DNA from: the human T2T-CHM13v2.0 reference genome, Homo sapiens
NCBI GenBank assembly: GCA_009914755.4
Contig: CP068257.2
Span: 21,120,001 to 21,184,000, forward strand
Direction: 5' to 3'
Length of the DNA stretch: 64,000 nt
Below the pieces are notes generated by a model that was given only the letters and a program-made list of their open reading frames with translations, searched no databases and had not been told where the DNA came from. The translations under genes and the position numbers were made by a program. Of this stretch, positions 13,435-30,013 are shown one piece after another. How positions within the stretch are numbered: the stretch's first letter is position 1; every line of letters starts with the position of its first letter.

Positions 13435-15545
13435 TACTAATAATTTATAATACAAATTAAAATAATGAAAATACATTAATAATCTAATGATAAAAAAGAT
13501 AAATTAGTAAGAAATAAATACTTTAAAATTAAAATATAATATCTTAATACTAAGTTATTTTCTTTTGGTCTACCTATGTGAAGAAGGTTTCTGGGTTGGG
13601 AGGATATTTTGTTTTTAATTATATTTCCCAAATCATATGTATCATGTAACACACATACACACATATATTATTTATTTTTCTTCTTCCATAGATGAGTACT
13701 TGGAGTTGCACAGCCATATTCTAACAGAAGCATGGGAAAAAGGGATATGATAGTTCAAAACTTTATCTGAATGGAAATTGTCATTATTTCTCAATTTAAA
13801 TTATGTTTATGTTACAGTGTAGAGTTTTTATTACATGCAGTATTTCAGTTACAGGAGATGATTGTAGTTTGGAAATGAGGGAGATCAGGATGTATAAATT
13901 TGATAAGAAATTTACTTGGATAAGTACAGATGTATTTAATAACATTGCCTAAGACATTGTGAATGTTTCTGTAATGGGGAAAAATCACAGGAGCATGTAA
14001 AATATAAAAATATATGAAATCACTTAATTAAAAATAATTATGCATTTTTAATAACTAAATAAAACCTTGTGATTTTGTAAGATGTCAACTTGTATGTAGA
14101 TTATGAGAAATTTTTTATAATAAATTCCTTCCACTTTATAATTACCTACACAGAGTAAATCTTGTCCAATAATCTCTTTTATCACTTAATAATTATTCTG
14201 ATGATATTAGTAGGGTTTATCCACCATTTCATAATTTCTGTGGGGAAAAACAAGCTAAGGTAAGTGTTCATGTGCTTAATTTTTGTCTCTTCAAAATTTG
14301 GCCTGACTGCTCTTAATTTTTGTCTGACTTCTAAGTGATTTCTTTTTGCTACACCAGAGCATGAATAATGATAGAGATCAATCTAGGAGGAAGTTAAAAA
14401 ACCACAGCTTTAAAGTGGTTGACTGAACCTCTTCAATGTGGTTGAAAATAATAATGAAATATTGATCCAAACATCCCATTTGCCTTTCTTTGGTTTCTTC
14501 CCTTTGTAGATAAGAGTATTATACATCATGATCAAGATACTAAATTATCTATGACATTTTGCAAAATGATTTTAAAATAATTATTTAACTCTTGCCACAT
14601 AAAACAACACATACTTTGATGGAACGCCATTCTCCTTAGGGTGACTTAAAGAATCTATATTTGGCCATATATTTGAGGCTCTTACGAGGTTGTATATTTA
14701 ACTTTAATGCATTAAATCTAGTTTATTTTGTATTCCCATTGGAGAATAAGTTTATGATATTAAGACTAGCCATCTGATCTAACTCTCAGTTTACTCATTT
14801 GAGGAATAGTGAACTGCCAGAGAATGAGCTTACTTTGAGTAAAATTAAGCTGTAAATTAAAATGCATGGTGTTTAAGACAGGTATTTTCCTCACAGGGAT
14901 ACACTGATAAGTACTCTGGTCTGTCCTTGAGGGGGAATTTCTGAATATCTCTGGGATTCTCTCTGTGCAGCTGTCTCCTCTCTCCTACCCTATCCTGTGA
15001 AGTTTCACCTCTCTTATTTCCAGAACACCCAGCTATTCCCCTTCAACGTAGGGATTCAGTGAACCTCCAATTTGGCCCTTCCCACCTCCCCTGCCCTCAC
15101 CACCACTACCATCACCAAGTGCTGCTCCCTCAAGGTGTTAAGTAAGAGCAATCTTAGAGCTCATCTAGTTTGTATTATCAATCACTGTCATTCATTGCGT
15201 GATGTCCATTGTCTTCTAAGCCATTGGTTCATGTATTTTATTTTAATTTCCTTTGTTTCATTGTTTTGGTTTTGGTTGTTTCAGGCAGGAAGGCAAATCA
15301 GCTCTCTGTTACTCCATATTGGCCAAAAGTGAAAGTTATTTGCTATTATTTTAATTGGAATTATGATGGATAAATAGATCAGTTTGGGAAAAACAGATAT
15401 ATCAATTGGATTGTGTTCTCTAATGTATAAATACGGTATAATTTTATATTGATATAGGTCTCCATTAGTTTATTACAGTGATGTTTTCTGTCTTTCGAGG
15501 TAGAACTGCAGTACGTTATACGTTATATGTACTTATGGGTATTAT

Positions 15546-15932
15546 TATCTTAGTCTGTTCCTGCTGCTATAACAAACTATCTTAAACGGAGTCATTTATA
15601 AACAGGACAAATGTATTGCTCATAGTTATGGAAGCTAGGAAGTTCAAGATCAAGCCATCAGCAGGCCCAGAGCCTGGTGATAGCCAGGTCTAGTTTTGGT
15701 TTTCAAGAAGTCACCTTGCTGTGTCTTCACTTGGCAGAAGGACAGAAAGCCAAAAGGGCCTGCCTAATTTCCTCCAGCCCTTTCATAAGGGCATTCATGC
15801 CATCTGTGGAGCCTCTGCCCTTGTGACTTGATCATCTCCTAAAGGCTCATCCACTTAATACTATCACATTGGTATTAAGTATTGACATATAAGTTTTGGG
15901 TAGACACATTCAGACCACAGCAGGTATTTTAT
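15546..15932 (-). mobile_element. MaLR/ERVL-type LTR, same family as 3040, minus orientation
   Basis: Reverse-complement architecture: tcttagtctgttcctgctgctataacaaactatcttaaacgg ... ggaagttcaagatcaagccatcagcaggc ... ggagcctctgcccttgtgacttgatcatctcc ... cacattcagaccacagca. It mirrors the plus copies read backwards. Confidence 0.55.
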
Positions 15933-16014
15933 ATCTTTGAAGCTGCAGTGAACGTTTTATTTAAAAGAAAACAATTTTTTATTGTTTATTGCCATTATAT
16001 AAAGATGCTAATGA

Positions 16015-16549
<535 letters not shown>

Positions 16550-16845
16550 CCCTTTTCTCCTTTTCATAGGAAGATGTTGTTTAGAGTTTCACCACAAACT
16601 AGGATATAACTAACATTTCTTTTCATAGGCTATTTTTTTATAGAATGAAGAAGTTTACTTCTGTTATGGATTGAATCATATTTTTCTAAAATACGTAAGT
16701 TCTGATCTCTAGTACCTCAGAATGTGACCTGATTCAAAAATATGGTCATTGCAGATACAGTTGATTAAGATAAAATGAGGTCCCATGCATTAGGTTTGGC
16801 CCCTAATTTGTTTACAACTAGTATATTTATAAAAAGGGAAATGTA

Positions 16846-17360
<515 letters not shown>

Positions 17361-18170
17361 CTAAGCCTCCTAGTTTATGATACCTTCCTAAGGCAGTCCT
17401 GGAAAACCAAAACAACTTCTATTCCCAGTTTTCTGGAGATCTTTTTAGAATCATGAATAGTTATATATATATAATTATATATGAGTATACAATTATACGT
17501 ATATTTTAAATTTCTCTGTTTCTATGAAGCATTGTTTTTATAGATTTTTATGTTTAATGCCTTACTATTCATTTAAAGTGTTCAGATTTTCATTGCTAAT
17601 ATTTGTGCAAGGTTCTAATATCAGTGTTTTCTGGGCATATAAAAGGAGCAGAGTGGAACTCTCATTACTGATTTCCTGAGATTGTTATTATTTTATTATC
17701 TCTTCTTACAATGTTTAATAGAATTTAGCAGTGATGTAAACTAGGTATGAAATTTTCTTTGAGGAACAGTAGTTTTGAATTACAAATTCTTTTTTAAATA
17801 GAAAAGTGCTCAAATATCCTATTTCTTTTTGGGTTAGTGTAAGTAAAGTGGTGTATTACAAGATATTGTGTGTATTACAAGATTTTTCTCTATTACATCT
17901 ATTTCGATAAACTTATTGGCATTGAGTTGTTTATAATATTATCTTACCATCATTTCCATGCATTTTCACACTCAAAGATTGGTATACACTATTCTGTATG
18001 TCATTCTTACATTACCATTATAAAGTGTCATCACTATTATTAATCTTTTCCAAAAAACAAATTCTAATTGTTGTTGACTTTTTCTATTTTATTGATTTCT
18101 ACTCTTTTACTATTTTCTACCTTCTTACTTCTTACTTTGGTTGACTTAGTGTTTCTTTTCCTTATTTTCT

Positions 18171-18926
18171 TTTTTTTAATATATATACATTTTTAATTAT
18201 ACTTTAAGTTCTAGGGTACATGTGCACAACGTGCAGGTTTGTTACATATGTATACATGTGCCATGTTGGTGTGCTTCACCCATTAACTCGTCATTTAGCA
18301 TTAGGTATATCTCCTAATGCTATCCCTCCCCACTACCCCCACCCCACGACAGGCCCCGGTGTGTGATGTTCCCCTTCCTGTGTCCATGTGTTCTCATTGT
18401 TCAATTCTCACCTATGAGTGAGAACATGCGGTGTTTGGTTTTCTGACCTTGTGATAGTTTGCTCAGAATGATGGTTTCCAGCTTCATCCATGTACCTACA
18501 AAGGACATGAACTCATCCTTTTTTATGGCTGCATAGTATTCCATGTTGTATATGTGCCACATTTTCTTAATCCAGTCTGTCACTGATGGACATTTGGGTT
18601 GGTTCCAAGTCTTTGCTATTGTGAAGAGTGGCACAATGAACATACGTGTGCATATGTCTTTATAGCAGCATGATTTATATTCCTTTGGGTATATATCCAG
18701 TAATGGGATGGCTGGGTCAAATGGTATTTCTAGTTCTAGATCCTTGAGGAATCACCACACTGTCTTCCACAATGGTTGAACTAGTTTACAGTCCCACCAA
18801 CAGTGTAAAAGTGTTCCTATTTCTCCACATCCTCTCCAGCACCTGTTGTTTCCTGACTTTTTAATGATTGCCATTCTAACTGGTGTGACATGGTATCTCA
18901 TTGTGGTTTTGATTTGCATTTCTCTT
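18171..18926 (-). mobile_element. L1 (L1PA-like) 3' end fragment, about 755 bp, minus orientation, 5'-truncated, flanked by a 14-15 bp TSD tcttttccttattt
   Basis: Reverse complement of the L1 3'UTR/ORF2 end: ttaattatactttaagttctagggtacatgtgcacaacgtgcaggtttgttacatatgtatacatgtgccatgttggtgtgc ... ccaccaacagtgtaaaagtgttcctatttctccacatcctctccagcacctgttgtttcctgactttttaatgattgccattctaactggtgtga. Track ORF 18401-18643(-) translates as the L1 ORF2 C-terminus (FTIAKTWNQPKCP...WIKKMWHIYNMEYYAAIKKDEFMSFVGTWMKLETIILSKLSQGQKTKHRMFSLIGEN). TSD copies at about 18156-18170 and 18927-18941. Confidence 0.88.
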
Positions 18927-19607
18927 TTCCTTATTTACTTAATGAGAATACTTAGATCATTGATATATACTATTTTCTATCATAGTCATGTGAAGTTATA
19001 AATTTTCATCTATGCATTATGTTCGCTACATCTTCAAAGTGGATATTTCTTTTAAATTTTCTATCATTATAATATTTTCTAATTTCCTCTATGTTTTCTT
19101 CTCTATGTTAAGTTTAGTAGTGGGTTATTTCATTTTGGCATGTTAGGGATTTACAAATTACAAATAACTTGCTGTAATTGATTTCTCTTTTAATGCTGTT
19201 AAAGTAGAACAAACTACGTTTTATTTTAAAATTACTGAGGCATTTCATGGGTTAGAATATGACATTATACAGACAATATTGGTGAGTATTCTATGTACAT
19301 GTAAAAAGAACGTCACTTAGGTCAAGCTCAGTCCACAGTGCTTAGATATTCTCCCTATTGTTCTTCCTGCATTCACTAGCAATTACTGCAAGTGTCATGT
19401 TTATATATCCAACTATAATTGTGGATTTATCTGCATTTCTTCCTTTAGTTCTGTCAATATTTGTTTAACATATTAAGACTTTTCCATTTATGTTCAAATA
19501 ACATATTTTTATTGGATGTAAACATACTTAAAAATTGTTTTCTTAACAAAATTTTATAATCTTTATAAAATAACTCTGGCAATACACCTAATGTTGAATT
19601 CTACTTT

Positions 19608-20005
19608 GTGTTACGTACTGAATCATGTTTCCTCCAAATTCATATGTTGAAGTCAAGCCTCAGTGTAACAGTGTTTAGAGATAGGGTCTTTAAGAAGATA
19701 ATTTAGGTTAAATGAAATTATAAAGGTGCAATCCTAATTTGATGAGACTAGTGTTCTTGTAAGAGAAAGAGACACCAGAACTAACTCTCTCTCTCAGCAC
19801 ATGCACAAAAAAAAAAGGCCATGTGAGGACACAATGAGAAGTTGGCCAACTACAAGCCGGGAAGAGAAGTCTCACCAAACACTAACACTATGAGCATATT
19901 GAGCTTGAACTTTCAGGCTCAGGAAATGTAAGGAAATAAATGTGTGTTGTTTAAACCGCCCAGTCTGTGGAATTTTGTTATGGCAGTCCAAGCAGACTAA
20001 TATAG
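19608..20005 (+). mobile_element. MaLR/ERVL-type LTR, same family as 3040
   Basis: tgttacgtactgaatcatgtttcctccaaattcatatgttgaagtcaagcctcagtgtaacagtgtttagagatagggtctttaag ... gccatgtgaggacacaatgagaagttggccaactacaagccgggaagagaagtctcaccaaacactaaca ... aaataaatgtgtgttgtttaaaccgcccagtctgtggaattttgttatggcagtccaagcagactaata. Confidence 0.65.
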
Positions 20006-20565
20006 TCTGATATTAATAGAGCCTAACATATTAATGTATTAAGATACCATTCTTAAGTTAAATATTTTTGTACTATTGATATATCTTATTTAATGTTTTT
20101 ACATTTTATTTTCAACCTACCTCTGTTTCAACCTTTGAAGTATGTTTTTGCAAACAATACAAACTTAGATTTTATATTCAAGTATAACCTGAAAATCTTT
20201 ACCACTTAAGTGAACTTGTTTATTCCTTTACTGTTAACATAGTTGCATACTATATTTTAAGTCAAATATCTTGATGTTCGTTTTCTATTTATCATACCTG
20301 CTTCTTTTTTAGTTCTTTTCTGCTTTTATATCCTTTTTATTAGTGAATTAGGTCCACTGTTAAGCCTTTCATCTATCTGGGTTTTTGCTTTTATTATTAT
20401 TATGTATCCTTTTTGTGTTTTACTGAGCCTCTTGAATATGCCTGTTATTGTCTTTTATTAATTTCTAAAAATTCTAGCATTATTTCCCTCAAATAATTAC
20501 TCTGCTTCATTCTCTACATTCACTTCTTACGGGGACTCCAATTTTACAAATGTCATACCTTTTGA

Positions 20566-20965
<400 letters not shown>

Positions 20966-20993
20966 AGAAATTTATTATAATTACTCCTACATT

Positions 20994-21320
<327 letters not shown>

Positions 21321-22085
21321 CTACTTGTTTACTGAACTCATATAAAATAAGCAAAGAGTTATTAAATATATATTTAAGTGTAAACCTTACTCCATTGTTA
21401 AATTCTGTGATGATTTATCTTTTTTTTACATTTTCAGTGGGTTATAATTTCTAAGGAATTTATGTATTAGTATTGATAAATGACATACTTATTTTGTTTC
21501 CTGTATATTTGACCATGAATTACTAATAGCTTTATCTTTTTTTTAGCAAAAAGATAAAATGTGAAGGAAAAAGAATGAAGTCTTGAGGAGATGATCAGAT
21601 GCCTTTGAAAAACAAATACTTAAGAGCTTGAGGAAGCTTCAAATAAATGAAAGCTATAAGAAAACTGTCGGTGATGGAAGGTAGACTATTAGAGAATGAA
21701 GAGTGAAGTTGCTCAGGAAAGAGAATTGGTGAGGCTTCAAGTGACATTCGTTCTGGAAAGTCAGTGGTAGCCTTGAAGACATATGATGACTATTTTACCC
21801 TTGGAGATCAGAATGCCTGGCTAGGACCATCCTGGTAATTCATCATTATTAAAAAAGTGCACCAATTTCATCAGTACGGATAATTCAAGAACAAATTTTT
21901 AAAATCTGGAATGTTCTAATGTAAGACAAGCATGAAATCTCAGGGTTGCTTTCATTCAATAAATGAATTATAATCATTTATTGAGTACATACTATGTGCA
22001 AAAGTGCTATGGGAGGCAGGATGGCCTTATTTCAGGGTGCTCCCCCTCCAAACACAATTTAGTACTTGCCTGTGATACAGGATAG

Positions 22086-22412
<327 letters not shown>

Positions 22413-24599
22413 AGTGCTGTGGTTTTAACTTGGTATCTACTTCATCGATTATTTGAGTTTTAAACTAAATTCCAGAATACAAATGTCTTAATAAGGCAAA
22501 AATATACAAATGATTTTACCTTCCAAATGACTGGGCTTTAAACAGTACTTATACCTCTTGGTTCTTTTATTTTTAAACAAAGATTGTATTGGGAAGTATT
22601 TTCTCTTAAAATTCTAATTCAAAATACTTGTGTATTTGAAAATATTAAGGAACAAAACTCATCTTTGTGTATGTGTGTACACAAAGACTTCTAATTAACA
22701 AGGGCAGTTTAAAAATACCCAAGTCTCTGGGTGAAAAAGCAACACTGGGCATTTGCCTTACAAAAAGCAGCTTTTAGCAAAATCATTAATTACCCTCCTA
22801 AAACAATCCAATGTCAGCTCTAGAGCACTTATTTTGAAAAATATTTCTTAGAAGTATCACTGTTCTAAAACTATGATGTGTACATATACATAAGTCATAG
22901 CTACTTGTAATATTCAGAAGTATCTTTCCTGGGACAACAAGGCCTAATTTTAAAATACTGCTTTATAAAAAAATCAAATATTCTTTCACAAATATCACAG
23001 AGGTGATTCAAGCAATAATAAAGTCTATTTTAAAATGTAAATTAAAAGCATCAAATTTTTACATTTGCTAATGACTGTTCTGTTTATATGCAGTCCATGA
23101 CTACAGTATGTATTTGAAAATTAAATAAGGCTATGAGGTTTACAAAATTTTATTTTAAAAGCCATATCAAATCTTAAAGTAAGAAAGTAATCTAGTAATT
23201 CCTTTAACAATAAACTAGAACGATAGACTACTCCCTGGAAATACATTCTGAAATATTTGCTACAATATCTTACCTTTAACTGCAATTTCTCCTTTATACA
23301 TGACTAACCATATTACCTTGATGAAAACTATGGTTTAAGCATAAGGATAATGGCATCCTAAAATAAAATGTTGTGACATTTGTTTGATGTTTTTAATATT
23401 GTATTTATTAAAATAACTATTTTGACAGTAAACATAAGATTTCTGGATCAAAGAAAGATTATTTACTTGCATAATATCTTAATGACAGTCCTCATGCCCC
23501 AATATCTCAATAACATAATGAGATTCAGATGTCACATACATATCCTATATGGGGGTTTGCATCACAGGAAACTCTGAAATTACAAATCTCACATTTTATG
23601 TAGGGCAGGCTGTACAACTCCCATTTTGTCCTCAGAAAAAGGAAAAAGACCTTATCTTCCTAAAATAAATCCTTACTATGGATCAGAGGGGGAAATCTTT
23701 AAGTTCATTACTATTTGAAATGTAAACATGTGGCCCCAGGGAAGGAAAAACTGTAAACCTCTACTAAGAAATACGCAGTCTCTTAACTTTGAACTCACTA
23801 ACTCATCCTTTAACCTTAGTTGCCAGGGATTTTTTTTTACTCAAATTCCAGAAGGTGAAAAAAATAAAAAATTCATGTGGCATTGCTTCTTGACACTGAT
23901 ATTATGATTGAAAGAGTAACATGGCCTTAAATTACCCAAGCAACACAAACAACTACAAAAATAGACAAAATATAGAAAGCATCCATTTTTGACATTGTAG
24001 AACAGGCAGCACAGAACTGTGATCCAGGAGAAGGAAAACAAATCAGGTGGGGCTCCTAGGCTTTAAGGTGTAGGGATCAGATGTTCTGTAGTTCAGGAAG
24101 GGAGAAAGCCAAAAAGGGCTCAACATTCTCAATGAATTGATGAAACAAGGATCAGCAGATGAAAAGACTAAGGTACTAATAATTTGTGGAATAGAGTTTC
24201 TTAGATGAGGTGACTCCAAGAGAAGGAATCTGGAAATATGAATAAGAATCCCCTTGGGTTTTTCAGCTGCCCACCTATTTGAGAATGCATTGGTGAAATA
24301 CTATGAGGCCTAGACAGGGCATCTTTTAGGAGAAGAACAATTAGTTCTCAGGGAGCTACAAGTTAAAAAAAATTCCAAGAGTTCACACGAAGACGGTCAG
24401 TAATGAAAGACCATTTTAAATACACAGTGTGTTCATCAGAGATCTCTAACTGGCCATACCTAAGAAGTGTGGTTAATTAACCCAAGAGTAAAGTCTATTC
24501 TGAACCTGTCCTAAGAGCACTTACCAATATACATTTAAGGATTCAAACTGATCTTCAAGAATATAACTTTCAGAAAAAATTTTAACACTATTTAAATGA

Positions 24600-25990
24600 G
24601 TAAAACAAAATCCAACACTCAACACTGTATAATTAACAATATCTGATACCCGCAACAAATAAACAAGTAGAAAAAAAATAACCAGGAGGATAGTCACTCA
24701 ATAGAAACAGAAACAGAACTAACAAATCAGTAGACTAGTATATTTAAAAAGCCAGTATATTTTTGCCATATATACTCATGCATATCTGCTCAATATACAA
24801 AATTATAAATATAATGAGAAAGAAATTAAGGATATAAAAAGAACCAAACTGAACTTTTAACGGTAAAATGACATCTAAATTTTAAGAGAACTTTAGGCAC
24901 TATTGAATATAAGATTTATTAAGTAGAAGATATAAAAGCAGAAAATATCCAAAACGAAGACAGAGAGAGAGGAAGAAAGAAAGACTGAAAGCCTAAGCAG
25001 ACTCTCCTTAACATGCTGGAAAAATATCAAGCACTCAATCCTATATGTTACTTGAGTACCAGAGAAATTACTAAAATATTATAAATTTTACCAAAATTCT
25101 ATACTCACAGACCCTAAAGTCTCAATTAACCCAAGGCAAGATAAACATATAAAGTACTACACCAAAGTACGTAAAATCAAATAGCTGAAAGCCTGTAATA
25201 AAAGAGAAATCTTAAAATAGACAGATATAAAAAACATTAGGCACAGAGAAACAAATATGTGAATAAAAATATGCTACTAATCCGAAATGATACAGGTTAA
25301 AAGAGAATGTGAGAATGTGATGACATTGTTACTATAGCCAAAACAATCCCACTGTCAACCTATAACTCTGCACCCAGGCAAAAAATATTTTTAAAGTATA
25401 GACATTAAAAAATTTTCAAACAAATAAACATGAGTAAATATATCACCAGCAGACCTATATTAATAGAAATTATAATTAACCATGGGTGACAGACCACTTT
25501 TCCCCAAGGTTAGGGAGACAATAAGGATATCCCTTCTATTCAACATTACACTGAAAGTCCCAGTCAGCACAATGAAGCAAAAAAAAAAAAAAAAAAAAAA
25601 AAAAATAAGTAAAACAAAAACGGAATGAAAAGAAAGAGACAAAGTTGTATTCATGTGCAGACACAGGAACATTTACATGAAAAAATTCAATAAATTTTCA
25701 AAAATACCGATAAGTGAGTTTAGTACTGTGTAAAGTACAAAGTCAATAACCCAAATCTATTATGTTTCTGTACTTCAGGAGCAAGGGTTAAAAATCAAAA
25801 TTTAAAAGTACATATCATTTATAATAGCAACAGAAAATATGAAATATTTAAGAAAAAATTTAACAAATTAAATCAGCTAAAATATAAACATGTAATAAAT
25901 CACTGATGAGACAAACTAAAAACACAGGAGAAATGAAGAGATATGCTATGTTTAGGAATCAGAAGACTCATTGTTGGTAAGGTGTTGGTT
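24600..25990 (+). mobile_element. Ancient, heavily degraded L1 fragment(s) (ORF1-end/ORF2-start region), A-rich
   Basis: Recognisable L1-like strings, e.g. gccaaaacaatcccactgtcaacctataactctgcacccaggcaaaaaatatttttaaag, tatcaccagcagacctatattaatagaaat and acagaccctaaagtctcaattaacccaaggcaagataaacatataaag. Includes an A26 run at 25579-25605. Boundaries uncertain. Confidence 0.45.
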
Positions 25991-26439
25991 TTTCTCTAAT
26001 TAATATCTAAGCGTAATGTATACATATATATTTTTTCATTATCTGCCTCTGTATCTTATTAAATATGATTTGTATTATGAAGAAATAAGTGAATATACAT
26101 ATATAATATATAGATTAACTAATATACAATTTTATATAATAAGTAAAATTCATTCTAATATAAGTATTAATGGAAATTATTATTTTCTTTGTTCCTTCCT
26201 GCTTTTCTCTCCTCCTGTATCTGCAAAAGTTCAAGATTTTTGTGCACCTCCTCTGAGCTATAGCTTTCTGTTCGTGACTTCTAGGGAGGCTATAGAAAAT
26301 TGAAAATAATTAGAAAAACTTACATTGCAAATACAATAAATAAATCAATCATAATTAGAATTTTGCTTTATAGTCAAGAGGAGCTCAATAAGAACTCCTT
26401 AGTGATATGATTAAGAGGAAGACAGTTATAATGGAAAAC

Positions 26440-27040
26440 AATGTGGAGATTCCTTATAGAACTAAACGTGGAACTACCATTCAATCCAGCAATCCCACTA
26501 CTCGGTACTAACCAAAGAAAAAGAAGTCATTATATGAAAAAGACACATGTACACACATGCTTATAACAGCACAATCGCACTTGCAAAAATATGGAAACAA
26601 CCTAAATGCCCATCAACCAATGAGTGGATAAAGAGAATGTGGTATATATACACCGTAGAATAGTACTCAGTCATAAAACAGAATCAAATAATGGCCTTTG
26701 CAGCAAGTTGGTTGGAGTTAGAGGCCGTTATTCTAAATGAAGTAACTCAGGAATGGAAAACAAAATATTTTATGTTCTCCCTTATAAGTGGGAGCTAAGC
26801 TATGAGTATGCAAAGGGATAAGAATGATATACTAGGCTTTGGGGACTTGTGGGGAAGGGTGGAAACGGGATGAGGAATTAGACTACATATGGGGTACAAT
26901 GCAAACTGCTCTGGTGACAGGTCACCAAAATCTCAGAGAACACTACTAAAGAACTTATCCATGTAACCAAAATACCCCAAAAACGATTGAAATAGAAGAA
27001 AAACAAAAAATAAAATACGAAATGATAGTTATAACCCAGT
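26440..27040 (+). mobile_element. L1 3' end fragment (ORF2 C-terminal region plus 3'UTR), plus orientation
   Basis: ggaactaccattcaatccagcaatcccactactcggtactaaccaaagaaaaagaagtcattatatgaaaaagacacatgtacacacatgcttataacagcacaatcgcacttgcaaaaatatggaaacaacctaaatgcccatcaaccaatgagtggataaagagaatgtggtatatatacaccgtagaatagtactcagtcataaaacagaatcaaataatggcctttgcagcaagttggttggagttagaggccgttattctaaatgaagtaactcaggaatggaaaacaaaatattttatgttctcccttataagtgggagctaagctatgag. Confidence 0.7.
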
Positions 27041-29650
27041 AATAAACATCTAAGTAACAATTTCTATACTTAATAGTTTAATGGAATTTGATTAATTTGA
27101 TGTATTTTAGATTTCTGATTTGCTCTATGATATATTGACTAAAATCTAATATTTTATGAATAATTAAAAATGAAAATCAGCATTGACCTTACTGAAAATA
27201 TAAAGAAATGCATTTTTCTTTATATATAATTACATTAATATGTATATACATTTGATTTTTTGTAGAACTTTCAGCACTCCTATTTTCATTCAAGTATGAT
27301 TATTGTTAAATACTTTATTATATTAAAAAATCTGGAGGAGAATTTCTTTACACACGCCCCAGGGTAGCCCATTTTTACTCACTAGCCCATGGAGTCCAGA
27401 TTAGTTATCACAGTTATTATATAAATTATACCTCATAAGTTTACATAATTTAATTCACTTGAAAAGGCTTTGTGAAGTGTTCTACTACTAGTATTTGTTA
27501 TTTTCATTGTTTATATGTTTAAATTTGTTATATTAAGAAATGAAAAGAAACACATGAAACCTATATTTTTCATTTCACATAATAATGAATAATATGTATT
27601 TGTCAATATTTTCATTAAAGTACAGTTTGTATATATTATTAATTTCTTGTAAAAGTTTATGCATTTAACATAAATTAAATATAGAATTTGAATATGGATC
27701 TATTCTCTACTCCAGTGCTGCAGAAATATAGATTATTTTGCCTTAGTACATGGATTATGATATATATACAAATATAATTGTAGAAATATATGCAGAATAA
27801 GGCACATAGCTTATCAGTTTTTTCTTACATACATGACCTGGATTCCAATATTATTTTTTACCTACCATTTTACTAAAGAATGTAACATTTGTTTTTTGCC
27901 ATGTGAATTAATGTTCTGTAAATGTCCACCTGAATATAGAAACATATATTTATTTAGTTTCCTATTATATGAGTTGTCATTAATGATTTCTAAAATTGGA
28001 TACTATTGTGTAGACAGTATCAAATTCTTGACTATTATGAATAATATTGTAATAAACATCTTTGTAGCTTAATTGTTGCACATTTTCATAAATACATTTT
28101 CAAACACATTTCTAGAACTATGGTCTCCATGTCAATGATTATCTGTTTTACAAAGTATTTTAAAATAGCCTTTATGCCAACTTTGATCCCTAGCGATAGC
28201 ATATGAGAAGGTCCAATTCTCTATTTATTTGTAGCAATTAGTAATCATCTTATTTGATGGATACATCTATTATGTTGCTGCAAAATTAATTGTACTTTGG
28301 GCCATTAGTTTATATGGTGGAAACCGCAATTACTTTTACACCAACCTATACCAATTACAAGTGGTAACATTTTCAAGCAGCTGCCTATATAAAATTTATG
28401 CTAATATTACCACAAGCATTGAAAACATTGAAAACCACATGCAGTTAATCTGCTCTTACAGGGTTACAATGGACTATTTGGGGGGGGCGGGGAACAGAGG
28501 AAAAAAGGAATTAATTACTCAGTGGCATAACCTTTGAAAGAACACATTATTTTTAATTGACCTCTTGGCTTTCCTGAGAGTTCTGAAGTATTGAATGAGA
28601 ATAGCTTCTCATTAATAATAGTATTTACAACAAAACAATTATATCCATAATTTTTTGTGTGTGGATGGAGAGATTTTTCCTATAAAATAAAAGTTATGTA
28701 TTCAAAATATAGACTGTAACAAATAATATTTTAATATATGATGATAAAAAATACTTAAATTTCTCTTTATAAATTAAGAAACACTATTGATATGTATTCT
28801 GGACAACAGAACCCTCAACAATAGAAATTATTGTAGCTTCTTATATTTATAAAATGGAAAATTGGAAAAATCCGAAATCAAAAAAATGAAATAACAATAC
28901 AAACATAAAACAGTACTAAACTTGTCTTTGCAAATAAAGTACTATCATTCTTTACCACTAAATATTTAAAAGAATAAATGGAAACGGTGACTATTTTTAT
29001 TAAATAAGAAAGGGTATACTGCCACCTAGTGGTTCATGGTGTGGCTCAAGGGCAATATTTTCTCCTCCAAGTATTCTTAGATCCTGCTGATCAAGGGAGG
29101 CTGATGGCTGAATATTTTACAGTTAAACCAGTTAAATAATTATCAAAATTATTTCATTTTCATGAAATTACTCTTAACCACGTTATACTTTATTACCTTC
29201 ACCTTAAAAGATTAAAACCCTTAATAACAAAGCATAGATGGCTGTTCAGAAAATAAAATTTCAACATAATAACTTCCATAAAAGCAGTGAAGATGAAAAT
29301 GAATATTTTCTTGTGAAGAATATGGTGACTAATTTAAAGATCTTTCAATTTATGAATACTTCATTTAGACTACCTACTATTTGAGTAAAGTAATAAATTT
29401 AATATGTTTTCCATGATGTAACCCACATGATGGAAACTCAAAATTAACTACATTAATCATAATGGATAATCAAATTGAATATTAAAAATGCAATTAATCT
29501 TTTAAAAGAAAGTATTTTTTGAGATCATTAAGCTGAAGAGGAGAACAAAAAGAAACAAATAGAAAAATATTTTCAAGGAATCTCTTTATATCTATGTTAT
29601 GTTATCTGATAAATTATTGATCTTTTTCACTTCTCTTCTATGGGTGGTTC

Positions 29651-29690
29651 TGTGTGTGTGTATGTGTGTGTGTGTGTTTGTGTGTGCATG
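29651..29690. repeat. (TG)n microsatellite
   Basis: tgtgtgtgtgtatgtgtgtgtgtgtgtttgtgtgtgcatg. Confidence 0.85.
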
Positions 29691-30013
29691 TTCATTGTGT
29701 TTGTATTATATAATAATGGACATAATTTTGTGATTGTAGAATATCTTCAAGATGTTTGAGCCATACATGTAGAGTGACTATCCTTTCTAGTATCAAATGA
29801 ATGACCTAATCATTTAAATAAATAATTAGTTTAAATAATTAGATTATATTTTATCAATTAGGAATGATCTGCATTCAGTTTATAATCATTAAACATGAAT
29901 CCTTTAATAGTGGACACGAGATGATGAGGTTTTTTGATTAAAACAATTATACAAAAACTACATTATCAAAAATCAATATTCTGCTACAAAATAGCTGCAA
30001 TACAAAATTCATT

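Noticed and set aside
18401-18643. 80-aa ORF with clear similarity to the L1 ORF2 protein C-terminus, and likewise 34576-34833
   Set aside because: These are genuine homology, but to a retrotransposon protein fragment inside 5'-truncated L1 copies. They are not cellular genes and are not intact ORF2.
28470-28500. G-run (tttggggggggcggggaacagagg) as a possible G-quadruplex or CpG feature
   Set aside because: A single short G-tract with only two G-runs. It is insufficient for a canonical G4, which needs four runs, and has no surrounding CpG enrichment.
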